This document shows positions 1 to 14,188 of a stretch of DNA of 64,000 bases, piece after piece. The notes below the pieces were generated by a model. It was not told where the DNA came from and ran no database searches. It saw only the letters and a list, made by a program, of their open reading frames with translations. The stretch comes from Selaginella moellendorffii (taxonomy: Eukaryota; Plantae; Lycopodiophyta): the NCBI RefSeq assembly GCF_000143415.4, contig NW_003314269.1, positions 2,721,060 through 2,785,059 on the forward strand, given 5' to 3'. Positions within the stretch are counted from its first letter, which is position 1. Every line of letters starts with the position of its first letter. The position numbers and the translations under genes are program-made.

Positions 1-106
1 ACACTGTTATTTTCTAGTGCTCACTGTTTCCTCTCAACCAGATTCATAACATACGACGGGACATGGTTAATGTTCTCAAGGAAAATTTTTCACATTTGCC
101 GCTTAC

Positions 107-500
107 TTACTCGATCGGTGGCCAGATTAGTTTCGATGTAAGCTCCAGGCACACTGCTCGCCTTCTCGGATTCTAAACTTCTGTGGTTTTTCCAGGTTTT
201 TCCCAGAGGCTGGGATAAAACTTACTGCCTCCAGTTCCTCGACGATTTCAAGGAGATCCATTTCTTCGGAGACAAAACTTTCAAGGTACGTGTACCATTT
301 CTTAGCGTCTTCAAAAACTCGGTTTTGATTCTCAGGGAGGCAACGATCACGAAATTTTCGAGTCGGAGAGGACCATCGGGCACACTGGTATGTGAAAATC
401 TTTCAAGTGTTCCGCTACAAACTACATTTTCTTGGCTTCTCGCAGTCACCAGCCCTGGAGACACGAGAGAACAGTGCACGCGTTTGTTCCTCACAACCAT
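107..500 (-). CDS. 5' part of a spliced gene of unknown product, probably continuing off the window
   Basis: ATG at 500. Donor CA|GTAAG near 225 is phase-compatible with acceptor CAG|A, giving ...[30 protein letters not shown], followed by another GTAAGT donor. No family recognised. Confidence 0.35.
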
Positions 501-595
501 GTAATTTAATTGAGTGATTAAATTATCAATAAATTAAAGAAATAAGCATTGTTTAACAAGACCTAACCCCTAGCTAGGGTTTTTTTCGGCGAGCG

Positions 596-1899
596 ATGGG
601 CTTGCGAGGTAGGATCCGCGGCGCAGTGATCTGATTTTCGTCTGTGGATTTCTAGGATTTCTTGCTGCTGCTCTTCTCATCTGCCTTTGGAGCTTGATTC
701 AAGCCGATCCCAAGGATGCGTCGACCATTCTCGTCTCGGATGTCGCGATCTCTATCTGGGACACCGACACTCCCGACTACAAAACAGAGTAAATTTTTTG
801 CTCTGCATTTCTTTCTTTGTGGAGTGGAAATTCGGCTGCCAGGTTGAAATTCGAGGAGAAAAAATCCGTTGCGCTGTCCGCAAACCACCTGCAAAAGCTT
901 AAGATTTCCTTCAAGCTCACTACTCCAGAAGGAGCTCTATTTTCTGCTCATCAGGTATGACTTTTTTTACAAAGAAGTTTTTTTCTTGCTCGAGATCTTC
1001 TGTAATCCATATGTTTGGGTCGTGGAAGGTGTTTTTCCGATTACGGTATGGCAAATCTGAGCGTCTGTTTCTCTTCAAGTCGTCGAAAAAGGGATACGCT
1101 CTTCAGCTGGTAAGCTGCCATCGCTAGTTTTACGCAATTCCCAGCTTTCGTATAGGATTTCCTTGGACTCGTAGAGGAGCTGCATTATCTATCGGGCCAA
1201 TACGACATGGATCTCATTGTCGGGGACGCCAAAATGGTACATACACTTTATCTCTCGAACAAATGCTCATTTTTTTTTTCTGTCTTTGCTTTCAACCAGG
1301 CCAACTCTTTCCTCTGGAATCTGGGAAGTCTGGAACTCGACCTTCCAGAGCCTCCAGAGGGCGCGTCAAAGAAAACACCGGCCGTGGAGACCGATCCCAT
1401 GGCTGTTTTCAAACCAAAAGCCGAGATAGCACACATCTTCCGGACTCCCGAGAAACGGCCTCCAACAGCGCTCTCTTACACGTTTCTGGCCTTCACCATC
1501 CTTCCCTTCCTCGCTTTCCTTGTTGGGGTATGGCAAAACGCTTCCTCTATTTTATAGTTCCTTTGATTTTGAATTCTCTGGCAGATGAGGCTGTTGAATA
1601 TCAACTTTGGCAACGCGCCTACTTCCGGTCTTCCAGCTCTCTCGGCTCTTGCGTTTCACGGTGGCCTTGCATCGATCCTTGGGCTTTATCTTCTCTTCTG
1701 GCTCAAGGTATAATCACTTCGCATTGTCATTTCAGTAGAGCTGTGACCTATGCCTCATTTGATGATTTTTTCTTTTTTGCAGCTCAATCTCTTCACAACT
1801 CTGCAGATTCTGGGATTTCTTGGCCTCCTCACAACTGTTGCGGGGTATGGTATCTTGTCACATCTTGCAGATGTGTCCTACAAGGTTAAAGTAGCATAG
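596..1899 (+). CDS. RPN2: Oligosaccharyltransferase subunit ribophorin II (RPN2/HAP6/Swp1), short ~295-aa form, 8 exons
   Basis: Manual splicing gives signal peptide MGLRGFLAAALLICLWSLIQA, then LSANHLQKLKISFKLTTP, DFLGLVEELHYLSGQY, KAEIAHIFRTPEKRPP, three TM helices and a C-terminal KVKVA* (KxKxx ER-retrieval motif). Confidence 0.93.
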
Positions 1900-2479
1900 C
1901 CTTCTGTCAAATGCTGGACAAAAGTTTTGAAGATAACGAACCTGTTTTTCGTTTATAATTGTCAGCTTTGTGCATGCAATGTACTAACAAATCACTATTT
2001 TTGTGTGTTTTGCTACATATTTTTCCACCCTAAGCTGGATTGGGAAGGAGGAGAATAAGAAAATCATAATGATTTTAAAAATTGTCCGGATGGATATTTC
2101 AAATTTCACAGATGAATGAAGGTAATAATGTCACATGGTTTATATAAATAAACATACTAATAAGTACTCAATTTGGTATAAATGGATGCCATCAAATTAA
2201 TATATTAAACTATAAAATGTGTTCCCCATAGCCCGGAAAAAACATGAAGTAGGTAAGAACCTAGTAACACATTAAGCTTATAAATGGTGTCCTTCAAGAA
2301 GTTTTCAAAACTAATATAGCCACCACCCATCAAGTTTATGTACAATTTTGAAACACTTCAAAAGTAATATCATGCTGAGATGTAATGCTTTAAGTTTTAC
2401 TCTTAAATCTACATCTGTTCTGCATTTTTCGTTTTATTTAAATAGTATAAAAATAATATAAAAGGAAAAGAAACTAAAA

Positions 2480-3650
2480 ATTATATCTAGAACTAGTTGG
2501 GATCCCAGCTCCACAGAGAGAAGTACAAATATTTTGGGCTATCAACTTTTCAAGCACTTTAGCATCAAGAGTAAGCATTTTAATATTAACTTTAAGTAAA
2601 CATATTGTTCACTTAAAAGCTATGGCTGTAAACTCTAGAAAGCAAGAATTTGTATTTAATCAAAAGCTGGCTCCTCTTATACAGGTTTGCAAGTCTTGAC
2701 TAGGACATAATTAAATTGAAAGTAAATGCCTGAATGAGAGAAATAAAAAGTTCTAACAGATTCTAAATCTACCATATTAGAGATGGAGCATAATCTATGA
2801 CATCTACTTAATGTTGAGGGAGGTTTCAGGTGTTCTAGCATAAGAGTGACAACACTCTCAACCAAATTTGTTTCTAGTCATTGTATGCTTATAAACTGTG
2901 GAAATGAGAGGTTTTGCAACTTCTAGATTTCTTTAACCAGTTTCAACTAGTGATGTTCTACTTCCAATGTTCTACAGTATCTTTTCCAAATTATGATATA
3001 TATCATCAAACTTTTATATTGCCCTCAAATAACCAAGGCTGATGTGAAGAACATCTTGAGATAGCTAATCAGTGTTAAATTTTGTCATTCAAGATCCTCT
3101 TCGTAGAAATATCAAATTCTTCAGGTTTATAAGAGGTCTTGTAAAAACTTTACTCATCTTCTTGTTTGATATAAAAGCCTTTGGCATAGCAGTCTTAAAC
3201 ACCAACCAAAAGTGTATTAGAAATCTTAAGCTTAAATTTGGTTAAGATTTCCTCTTTAAACATTATTTAAGGTTAAGGAGTAAAGAAAAAGAAAAATATT
3301 ACTGGAGTTATATCTAACAGATGATGAATTCTTTTCTAGAAATGATGCACATATACCATTATATCTGCCAATGGTTGAGAAATGGAATGTCTAGCTTTAG
3401 CAGGTGCCAACCCCAACACTCTAGCCTAGACTCTTCTTATCATCAAAAATTCCAAAACACTAGTGATCAAGCTTGCTAATTAGATTAGTCCACCTGAAAA
3501 CTTACTGCTTGCCTTGGATGCTCACCAAATGCTCACAAAAATCTGCTAACTTGCACCCCTAATTAGCCATATAAGTAGTAAAAATAAATTTCTGGTGCAA
3601 AGAGTATGTCTCTCACTTCTAACAGAGTGTGCTTCTATGGTCAATGTTAA
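2480..3650 (+). mobile_element. Possible highly degenerate DNA transposase remnant (hAT-like)
   Basis: Stop-riddled translation has WSIIYDIYLML...PNLFLV and P-L...KFL...SLTSNRV segments loosely resembling hAT motifs. No TIRs identified. Confidence 0.25.
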
Positions 3651-4040
3651 TATACTTGAAGATTTTAGCAATTCATATAAATTCACACATAGAGCCTCAG
3701 TGTATCCATTGTGCTTTTGAAGAGATGGATGATGGTGAGCACCATGTTATGCTATGGTGCCTTATAGCCTTTTGAAACTTCCCATGTCTCTAGCAAGAAG
3801 GTACACATGAAGTTTTTCTCAATGACTCACTAAAAAGTGGCAGGAAAAAATTGAAGGGAGGTGATGGAAGAGGACTTGAGTAGGTTTCTTCTGCTCAACA
3901 TAGACATTGAGTTTAGAGCCATCACCTTTTAGAACATATCAAAAGTAATCTGTGAGTTCATCTTGCAAAGACATGTTCTCTTTTGACCACAAAACATTTA
4001 AAATAGAGAAAAAAAAAATAATCATAATAGTACAGTGTGG

Positions 4041-4950
4041 TGTTAGACTATCTACTACTATAAGGAGCAATTGCCAAACTTTGTGGGCCACCGTTGGTGC
4101 CATAAAATGTGGGGTAACCTAATAAATATTAGTTTCTTACCACACTTCCTTTTGAAATATTTTTGCGAGGTTTTGGGCTGGCTAGTGGGCACGTGGCATG
4201 GCCTGGGCCAAGGGAGGAGGTGTGAGCAACATCTGTCTATTTGCATGGCCTAGGAGGCATAAAAAACTCTCCTTTTACCATAGCTCATCCCAGCCACAAA
4301 GTTTCTAGGGGAAGCAAAAGACAAGGCACTACACAGTGGCAGAGATGGATGGCCACGAGCTCCAGGGCTTGTGGAGAAGTAGGAGAGGAGGCGACCAACA
4401 AGTGGTCAACAGCCACCCAACACCAAAGATGGAGGCCTAGGAGCTCTAGGGTTTGTGGATGGGCATGTTGAGTTTGTTGTGCTTAACTTATGTGTATGCT
4501 CTCTTCCATCCTTTTTGCAAAAGTTCTCACTTCTTTCCCTAGGGCTAGTGGAGTGCTATGGCCAGCACTCTAAAGCAATGGAGTGCCAACTGGAGTCCCA
4601 TAACTATCCAATAGTGGAGTGCCATAGAAAATTGATTGATTCAGTCTATTATTGGCATTTAGTTCTGTGGTGAGCATTTACCATTTGAATTTGTGGGCGG
4701 AGACTGGGTGCTGGGGCATAAGCCATGGACAGCAGGTGACAAGAAATGTTGCCTATTATATTTATGGCCCTCCTGCATTGCTTATCAATTTTTTTTGGCT
4801 CCTCGAAAACTCTCGCGAGGGATTGTGGGGGCACGAGAACAACTCTTGGGGTTTCCATAGGGCATAGCTGTTGAGTCTACTGGTGATTGTACAAGAGATG
4901 TTGCTTAGGTGGTGAAACCATTAGGCCAAGAATATTGTTTCATAACTTGG
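4041..4950. mobile_element. Putative LTR remnant
   Basis: GC-richer block beginning TGTTAG and ending near TTCATAAC inside AT-rich DNA. No TSD verified. Confidence 0.3.
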
Positions 4951-7802
4951 ATACTATGATTAAAATTCATTTTGACTTAAACTTGCCTCATATAGTTAAT
5001 ATAATTAAGATGGCACTTAGTCTGTCTTACAATTTTCTTCTTTATATATATGTTTAGTTGATAGATAGAGTCACCCCTCACCAATTGATAAGCTATACTA
5101 ATGTATTGATTGGGCAATTACAACAATTCCATATAGATTACCTATCTCTAAGCCAAACAATGCTCAAGGTGTGGATTACTTTAGTCTTAATTCAAACAAA
5201 TTGAACACCTTTATAAATCTTACAAATATAAAATATCAGGTTTTGAATTTATAGTTTATATTAATAACAATTTTTTTTGTATTTCTTTTCTTAGTTTTAC
5301 TTGGGTCTAGGTACTAGATTGTGAGGTCCAAGTGTACAGGTATGATGCCATATATTAATATTAACATAGTGGAATTTTGGTAGTCATCGAATTGGTTTCA
5401 ATCTAGACCATTTGCTCCTGTATATAAACTATGGTTTTTGGGCTAATTAATATGCATATTTTCTATATTCCTTTTTTATATTCTATGCACTCACATTGGT
5501 GGAGGTAAAGGGGCACCTTTGATTGTTTCTAAGGAGTACTTGGATTTGGGATTTTGGTTTAAATCTAGCTTTTTATATTATTTAGATCAAACTTTTTCTA
5601 TTTCCTTTTTTTAATTTTTTCCTTTCAAGATTTTGGTTTAGATTTAGCTTTTGCATTGTCTAGATCTCCCTTTCCTTCTAGCTTTTTTAAATTTCTTTTC
5701 TTTTTTTTTTCCTTTTCATTCATCTTCATGGCAAAATAGCAGTCTCCTCCTCCTTTGACTTTGGAGCAGTAGTTGGTGCAATTGCTTGATGCTATGCAAT
5801 TGTAGTTGAACAATCAAACTCAATTGATGGTGGTATTCATAGGTACAGCTGCTTCTGCTTTTAGTGCCAATCCTCGTGTTCGGCCGAAGTTCTTTCGTGG
5901 AAATTAAGGATGCTATGTACCACTAGTTCAATCACTTCACAATGATTGCTATATATCATTCTTGGGATGATGCTCGACATTTATGTGAGTTTCCCACTTG
6001 TCTCTAAGGGACAGTGTTGCAATGGTATTATTATAAAGATATATTATTATTCTCTCCATGTTTGTTGATACAAATTTGAGTTTGAGTGTAACCACACATG
6101 AAAATTGGAGTATTCTTCTAGACATCTTCAAATGTGCATTTGGACAATTGTGATGATGCATTTCAGCAATTGCATCGTCTTTATCAAGGGTCATCCGAGT
6201 TGGTGATGCAATTTGGCATTTATTTCTAAAGCCTCTTGTTTCATGTGGAGTTAAATATGTTAGAGCAAATCAAGTTGGATATTATGGCCAACACTTCGTT
6301 AAAATTTTGTAGAACTTGTGTATGCACTTGCTCCAACCACCCTTAACAATGCTTTTCGTTTGGCACAACGTTATAAGATGTCATCTCTTCCACTTTTCGA
6401 TGCATGTCCTTTAACTCCACTTCCTATGGGAGATGATCCTCTTCCAATTGAGGTTGATGCTGCTGCTACTTAAGTTCAAGGCAAGGGTGAGGACGTGGTC
6501 GTGGTTGTGATGTTCGCTGTTCGGTGTGTGATGAAGTTGGTCACACTTATCAGTGTTGTCAGCGTTTTCCAAATTAACAGCTTCCATTTCTTGGGTGGAG
6601 ATTTTGGCATCAACAATGTCTTGTCAGTGTTGCTACAGTGGAAGGTCTGGACAGTGAAATGCATCTAGAAAACGAGGAATCACATAAGTAATAGAGGGGT
6701 CTTACATGAATAAGTCAATAATCCCTCCATATTTTTTCAGAGTATCATCAAGGGGTTCACTTGGCACTAGTTTATCTAATATTTGCTTTCCAAGCTTGTT
6801 TTTATAATAAAAAGTATATTATTATTCTCTTCATATTGGTTGATACAAATTTGAGTTTATCTTTTATTGCTCGACCTTTTGCCATATGTTGCCATCTACA
6901 CTTGCATCATACGATAGAGCCAGTTTTCATTCTTTATGGCAACGGTTATATACATGCATGTGCATGGGATGAAATGAACATTGTTGTGCATGTGGGCAAT
7001 TTTGAATTTGGTTTGCAGTCATTGCGGATGGTGCTGAGTCAAGCTTTTGACTTTATCTTTGGTATGAATTGGTTGCAGGGTAATCATGCCAAATATGACT
7101 TTGAGGCTTCTCCCCCTTGTCTCATACTTCTTTATATTTTATACATTCCCCTCACTTCTGTACCTTTTCATCCTTTTGTTTCTACTTTTGCTTTTATTAC
7201 TTTTATCTCCCCATTACTTCCTTTTATATTTCCATCTTGTTCTACTCTTCCCTTTTCTGATCCCTTTGACAGTCTTAGTGTTGCAGCGGTTGACTAGCTC
7301 ATGAAGGAGTATACCAATATCTTTGAATTTGACTTATTGTTTGAAGTTAAGATTGCCATACGTCATATGATTCCAATTAGAGATGCTCATCCAACGAAGG
7401 TTCTTATTTGTCATCGGTCACCCAAAGAGATCAAAATTTTACATACAAACATCAAGGATATTTTGGAAAAGGGTATTATTCAAAAGTTGCAAAGTCTTTA
7501 GGTATATGCTCATCTTGTGACGAAGCCTGATAGGAGTATTTGTTTTTGCATCAACTATCATCCGTTAAACAAAGTGACGATCCCAGATATATATCCTCTT
7601 CCTCACACTACTAATCTCTTAAATTGTCTAGAGAGAAATTGTTAATTCACCAAACTCGATCTTGCTTCTAAGTACTAATAAGTACTAATGGCCAAAGAAG
7701 ATATTTCTAAGGCTACTTTTTGTACACTATTTGGTTTGTACAAGTTCTTGGTGATGTTGTTTGGTTTGAACAATGCTCCAGTGAATTTCTAGTAGATGAT
7801 GG

Positions 7803-9526
7803 TGTGAGACACAAAATCCCTAGGCCCCAAAGTGGAGCCGGAAGGGTGCCACGTGGTAGTGGCCTGAAGCAAAAGCCAAACGAGTGTAACACGTTTGGAT
7901 TGAAAGCTCCGACTTGAAAAGGTCAAGAGCGAGGGTGGAACTCCCAGCGAAGGGCTTGAGGAACAAGTACGAAGCGAGCAATAAGCGAGGCTCCAAAAAG
8001 GGACCCAAAAGGACCAACACATGACACGTGGATGAGTCTGAGATGGACTGAGACGGAGTCCGAGATGGACCGAGACAGAGTCCGAGATGGACCGAGACGG
8101 AGTCCGAGATGGAGTCTGAGATGGACCGAGACGGAGTCCGAGATGGACCGAGATGGAGTCCGAGATGAAGTCCGAGATGGATCCGAGATGGAGTCCGAGA
8201 TGGAGTCCAAGATAGAGTCCAAGATGGACCCGAGATGGAATCCGAGATGGACCCGAGATGGAATCCAAGATGGAGTCCGAGAAGGACCCGAGATGGAGTC
8301 CGAGGTCAAGACCGAGACCGGGACCGAGACCGGGACCGAGACCAAGACCGAGACCGGGACCGGGAACGAGACCGAGACCGAGACTGAGTCTGAGATCGGG
8401 ACCGAGGCCGAGGCCGAGACCGAGCCCAAGCCCGAGCCCGAGCCCTAGTCTGAGTCCGAGTCCAAGTCCGAGTCCAAGTCCGAGTCCAAGTCCGAGTCCG
8501 AGTCCGAGTCCGAGTCCAAGTTCGAGTCTGAGAGGGTGAAAGCCCAAAGCATTCGTCTCCCAGACCTTGGGGGGTTTGGTGAGCTCCAAAAGTATAGTAA
8601 GGGGGAGGACTGTAGTGGAGCCAGTTTGGCCAGGAAAGGCCAATTTGGCCCAGGAAGGCTATACCCAGTGTTGGGTGATGAGTTGCCCATTGGGAAGTCC
8701 AAGACTAGAGTGAACACGGATCGATAAGCGGGGTAGTTTGGTGAAGTGTTCAAGAGCCGGCTCTAGTTCCCCTGGGAGATCAACTGGCCAATGCTCCTAG
8801 TCCAAGTGTGGGTGGCACTACTTACTTGGATACCTGGTGTGGCTCAATGGAACCTCGCTCTAAGCCCACGGCTAGAGCACCCAAAGGTAGAAGGCGGGGA
8901 GAGTACCCACGAAGCTCGCGTAAGGCCACGGTGTTCTAAAATGTTTCCCCAAGGTCCCAGATTGTGAAAAGGAAGAGGAACCGTCCTATAGTGTAGAGAC
9001 CAAGGATACGGTCATATGAGGAGGAAGTCCCAGAGGACCAGGGGCTTAGTGGTCGGGCCTGTGGGCTTTGATCCAGTGGCAGTGTTGACAAACACGGCCA
9101 TGGGCAGAAAGGGACTTGGTGGGGACCGGAAAAGGGATATTGAGGAAGGCTAATCCCCATGTCTGTGGGCATCCTAAGGATGCTAAGGAGTGGATCTGGG
9201 ATGATTGCTCATAGACGGATGGCCCAATCTTTAAGACACGGGACTGTGATGGAGGTGGTGTCAAACCACCGGTGTGACCAAGGTGAATGGGCATGACCTT
9301 AGCGTAACGGGCTGATATATCGATGGTACCTTGGGGTGTCGGTCATGGGATTGGACACATGGAGCACTTGGACCAAGTGCAAAGGTTCAGTGGCAAGGAT
9401 ACCATTCTTGGGGCTAGCAAGCCCAAGTCCAAAATAGGACTTATGGAGGTTGTGAGTGAGACTTCTCCAAGTGGTCAGTGGTGTGGTTAAGTGACTAAAG
9501 TAGAATGGAAAAATTAGTCGCTTATA
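7803..9526. mobile_element. Solo LTR (family B) with internal minisatellite, inserted in the RT of the Gypsy
   Basis: Starts TGTGAGACAC and ends GTCGCTTATA (CA>TA). 5-bp TSD GATGG at 7798-7802 and 9527-9531. Homologous to 19932-21417 and to the reverse complement of 36912-39091. Confidence 0.9.
8030..8535. repeat. Composite minisatellite: ATGGAGTCCGAG/ATGGACC(C)GAG 10-12-mers followed by GAGACC and GAGTCC hexamers
   Basis: Directly visible tandem units. Confidence 0.95.
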
Positions 9527-12232
9527 GATGGATAAAGTTCTTTGCGATATGCCGAAAGTGACTACTAACTTTATTGATGATATCTTGATCCACTTGGAAG
9601 GGATGTGGGAGGAACACATCCACGATGTTCATAAAGTATTAGATCAACTACCAAAAGTTGGTTTAAAGTTGAAGTGGTCGAAGTGCGTGTTTAGGTTTAA
9701 AGACACAACTTATCTTGGGTACCGTATTCTCAGGAGGGTTTGCAAGTTGATCTTGACAAACTTATGGCTGTTTTAAAGTTTTTTACTCTAAAGTGTGTGA
9801 ATGATTTGTGGGCAAGGTGTAGTATTTCAGTTGTTTGTGGATCATCTTTCTGATTGCACTGCACTGTTATAAGCATTGCTAAAGTCATCAACATCATTTT
9901 TCATTTGGTTTGTAGATTGTGAGTGGGCATTCATGGATCTTAACGAGCTATTGACAACTCCTTTGGTTTTAGCATATCCTAATTACAGTCAACCTTTTAT
10001 TTTGTGTGTAGATGCTTTTAATTCTGGTTTTGGAGGTGTGTTGATGCAAAAGAGCCCAAGTGTGTCTAGTTAGTACCATCCCATTGTATATATAAACTGT
10101 ACATTACAATAAGCGAAGTTGAACTACTCCATAACAGAAGAGTGTTTAGCAGCAATCTAGGGTTTCGAGAAACTTCATGCATATCTACATTGTTCTCAAA
10201 TATTACTAGAAGGTGATCATAATGTCGTTACTTCATTATTGAAGTGGAAAAACTTAGTTGATTGTACTGTTCGGTGGGCTTTGAAGCTTTAGATATATGA
10301 TTTTGGTGTTGTTCATTGCCCGGGGAGTTCTATAATTGATGCTAATGCCCTTTTTCGAGCTCCTCTTCCTTTTTCACTCTCTTCTCATATTTCTAATGAG
10401 CCTGTTGTTCTAGCATTTATAAATTTTCTAGACGAGGATTCTGTGCCATCGGCGGTGTTGAGTGCTATAAATCTCTATCGGTGGAATGTGGCATTTATGT
10501 TGTATTTTGTCAAATTGAGTTAGCACTTAATACCCACATAAACCTTTAAAGTAATTACATAGATGTTAATTGTGGTGTTGCTTAATAGATGATCAAGTCA
10601 TTGTAATTTTATATCATATCCATGTGATAATGAGAAATGTGTTTGCAAAGTTGCTTGGTTAATCGATGATCAACCCTAAAGTGGTTAATGGTGAAGCTAG
10701 TCTACTTGCATGTAATAGTATTGTATTAACTTTGACTGGATTCTCAATAGTGATCTATGATATGCTAAACTTATGTTAGTACCTTGTTTACTTGACGGTT
10801 TGCCCATTAAAGTGTTGGAAAGGGTTATAACATTCACTTGCTATGGCTTGTTGGTTTATCTATTAGTACTTGGAATAGATTATTGGATAGAGAAGATGTG
10901 TAGTTGAGGCATTAATATCGCTAACACTTGTGTTAGTGAGTGGCATTATTATTTCGAGTGATAAGGAATGTTCTTTAGAATTTAATTTTCCATGTCATTT
11001 TTTTTATAGTGTTTTGGTTTCACATTGGATCTTGAAGGTGGTTAAAAAAGAGTGTTAGTGCAATATGGATATCTGAAGATATGATCTTCGTGATCAGGCT
11101 TTGGATGTTCATTTTGCATTTTGCGGATGTCAGTGTTGGATGTCAGAAATATAGGCATGATGTTTGATGCTTAAGTATATTATTGGGTCATGAGAATTTG
11201 TGTTAAAATAAACCTATGTGAAGTTGTTAGTAGAAGGAAGTTGGTTGAGTTTTAAAAGTTTGCATTTTTAGACTGAGAATTATTTTTTCTCTAGGATGGA
11301 AAAATTTCCATAAATTTTCTTCGGCTTTCCAATAACTGATTTATTGATCACTTTGCTTGAAAATTATTTCATTTTCATAAGGTAATACAAACTAAGCAGT
11401 TGAAGTTAACTTCAGTTATCTTAAACCTTAATAAGTAGTTTATATGATGCAACCTAAAAAAGATATTGACTTCTGGGGCTAAAATAATTGAGTTGGATAA
11501 AGTCTAAAATTAGTCTAGAAAAGTGGCTATTGCACTTTTCTAAAAAGGTGATCCTTATACCTTTCTTCTATAGTATTTTGCTAGGTGGTAGGTTGCACCT
11601 TGTATTTTGTTACACTCTATGAGAGTAGTGTACTGATCTTGACTTAGTCTTGGTACCCCTGCGCCTTGGCTAAGGATAGTGATGTCCAACTTAGTTGTTT
11701 GCAGTTGAAATGTTAATACTCATACTATAGCTTTGTCTATAAGGAGGTTATATACTACTATGAGTTCATCTCATGGTCTTCATTTTAGTTTCAACTAAAT
11801 GTTGATCATGTATAGCTAGCCTCTTTAAGGCATGCTCAAAGCTAACAGCTAAATGCATTAGTGAGCTTATTGTAATTGAATTGGATTCAAGTGGTCATTT
11901 AGTTTGTGCTTGTCTGTGTTCCTATATTTTATACTTGAAATATTACATTCATGTTGGACAAATATATAACTTGATGGCAAGAGTTTAGTGTTTGGGTCTT
12001 GTGAAGGCAAGTTGAAGAGGGATTATTAATTTCTTTATAACTAGTGGTTGCTTGTAAACTTTATTGAGGACTATTGACACTTGATTTACTCGATGATGAT
12101 TTAACAATGATAAATTTACTTTATTGGATGGTGTTGTAGATGATTGTGTCATTAAACTTACATGGTTTTTCTATGTTGCATTGACTCTACCTCTGTTGTA
12201 TCATTTAGTTATGTTTAGTCTATGATGTTAGA

Positions 12233-12332
12233 NNNNNNNNNNNNNNNNNNNNNNNNNNNNNNNNNNNNNNNNNNNNNNNNNNNNNNNNNNNNNNNNNNNN
12301 NNNNNNNNNNNNNNNNNNNNNNNNNNNNNNNN
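12233..12332. other. Assembly gap (100 N)
   Basis: Run of N. Confidence 1.
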
Positions 12333-13240
12333 CACTTTTGCTTTTTTTTAGTTTTGTTCTAATATTGATGGTATTGAAGTGATAGCATTGACATTTATGA
12401 TTCATTCCTCTTGTCTGAAGCACTTATGCTTGAAGTTGGCTATGTCATCTTTATCCTACCCATGCAGTAACAGTTTTATAATAAATTTTATAGGTTTTAA
12501 TATAGTTTTGATATGATAAAATAGTATTATTATATTGTTTGAACTAATTGCTAAAAGTATTTTGTGTTGTATTATGTTATAGTCTATGTTGTCTGATTAA
12601 TACAAATAGTTAAAGAAATTGAAAGTAAAATTTATATATTTACAATTTTTATACTATACTAAGAATTTTAATGGTATAATAACTTATTCTCAAATAAAAT
12701 ATTAATATATTTTATAATAATGCTTTTCTTTAGGTAGTAAAATTTTTTATATTTATGATTGAGCTAAATGTTTCTCTTTATGGGAGATTTTGAGAACTTT
12801 TATTTATGAATAAGCCATCTTATATAAGAAATTTTTTAAAAATCCTATAATTATGTATAATAATAATTAGTTTAATATAATAATAATAATAATAATAATT
12901 GATCATACATTAAAAATTGACTTAAATCATGTGGAGTGCTGCTATATAGCAAATATTTTATTAGTATGAATTTGTGAATGAACACCTTGAAAAACAATTT
13001 ATCAATAAATTAGTTCAACTGAATCAATATAATCATTTTATGTATAACATGTTTTAAATAATTTAGTGCCAATTAAGTGGAAAGCCTGATACTTTTTTTC
13101 GTGCTTGAACACCAAAAAAAACATAATCTAGAAACAGATTTATGGCAATTTGTATAACTGATGCCTAAAGTGATAGTAAATGAGCTCAATGTCTTCAAAT
13201 ACTCCCACCTATAACAATGACTAATGCGCCATTTTAAACG

Positions 13241-13491
13241 TTGTATGCCGACTGCAAGGGGCCGATTAGCGTGAATGAATACGAGTATTTTTTAAGGTAA
13301 TCTATAGTATCCACGGTTTCTTTTTGAACTCGTGCAAGAATGATATGGGCTCCAAGTTAATTGCCGACTGCTTGAACTTAGATAAAGTTTATAAAAGCTC
13401 TGAGATAAACTTGGAATATATCATCCAAAGTAACCATGGCAAGCTTGAACAGTGTTTTCAAAAGAATGTTGAAATAGTCATGTACATATAG
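13241..13491 (+). pseudogene. Degenerate CVNH (cyanovirin-N homolog) lectin copy
   Basis: Reads LYADCKG / ISVNEY, then in frame FLNSCKNDMGSKLIADCLNLDKVYKSSEINLEYIIQSNHGKLEQC. This aligns to FKKSCYND...KIVADC...SDIDLNDIFYNNYGHLDPC of 14265-14594. The 5' part is missing. Confidence 0.75.
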
Positions 13492-14188
13492 TAAAACAAA
13501 AGTTGGAAGAGAAAAATGTAAACATAATTAAAATGTCAGAAAATCTTAATAAATGTGAATAATACATTTTTTTTTATTTTAAGACCACTATGCAATGGAT
13601 AAGAAGACAATATTCATTATGAAGTTCACGTTTTTTTTTTTCAAATTTTAGTTTGGTTTAACTCATATATGTTTTCAAATTTCATCCATATCAAATATTT
13701 TTTGGTTTGCTTAAGCAAACTTGTATGGTAGTGGATATACTTAGAATATATTTAGATATTCTAGAATATTCTACCATCTAACGGTTGTTATCATTTAGAT
13801 TAATTTTGTATTTATAATTTATAAACATGTTTATAATTTATAAACTTTCTTAAACCTTTTCTAGTATATTATTTTTTATTCTATCATATAATCTTGTGTT
13901 TATAAATTACAAACATGCTTATAATTATAAACTTTATTTGATCAATTGAATTATAATACTACTATTAAGAAAACTAACCATTGCTACATGCAATGCATAG
14001 CAATTTGTTATATAATTTATAAAATAATGACAAAAAAGTAGCAATACCAAGAACCATATTTTGATAATTATGTTTGCTCTTTTGTCCCATTCACCTTTCG
14101 AAAACATGTCATTTCCTGGATTTCTTATTGCATAAACGATAACGTGGCAGCACTAATTCTTCTTCTGCGATTTGGTATATTTATCAGC

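Larger units (their letters stand above)
5320..10455 (+). mobile_element. Degenerate, 3'-truncated short-LTR Ty3/Gypsy copy (same family as 36269-43458)
   Basis: 5' LTR 5320-5495 (TG..CA) and PBS TGGTGGAG. Gag, protease, RT (FIDD) and RNase H are colinear with 36444-41850 but full of stops. Similarity ends at ~10455. Confidence 0.92.

Noticed and set aside
10456-12232. Possible further LTR element starting TGTTGAG where the old Gypsy is truncated
   Set aside because: No second terminus, TSD or coding motif found before the assembly gap.
12220-12423. ORF spanning X residues
   Set aside because: Artefact of the N gap.
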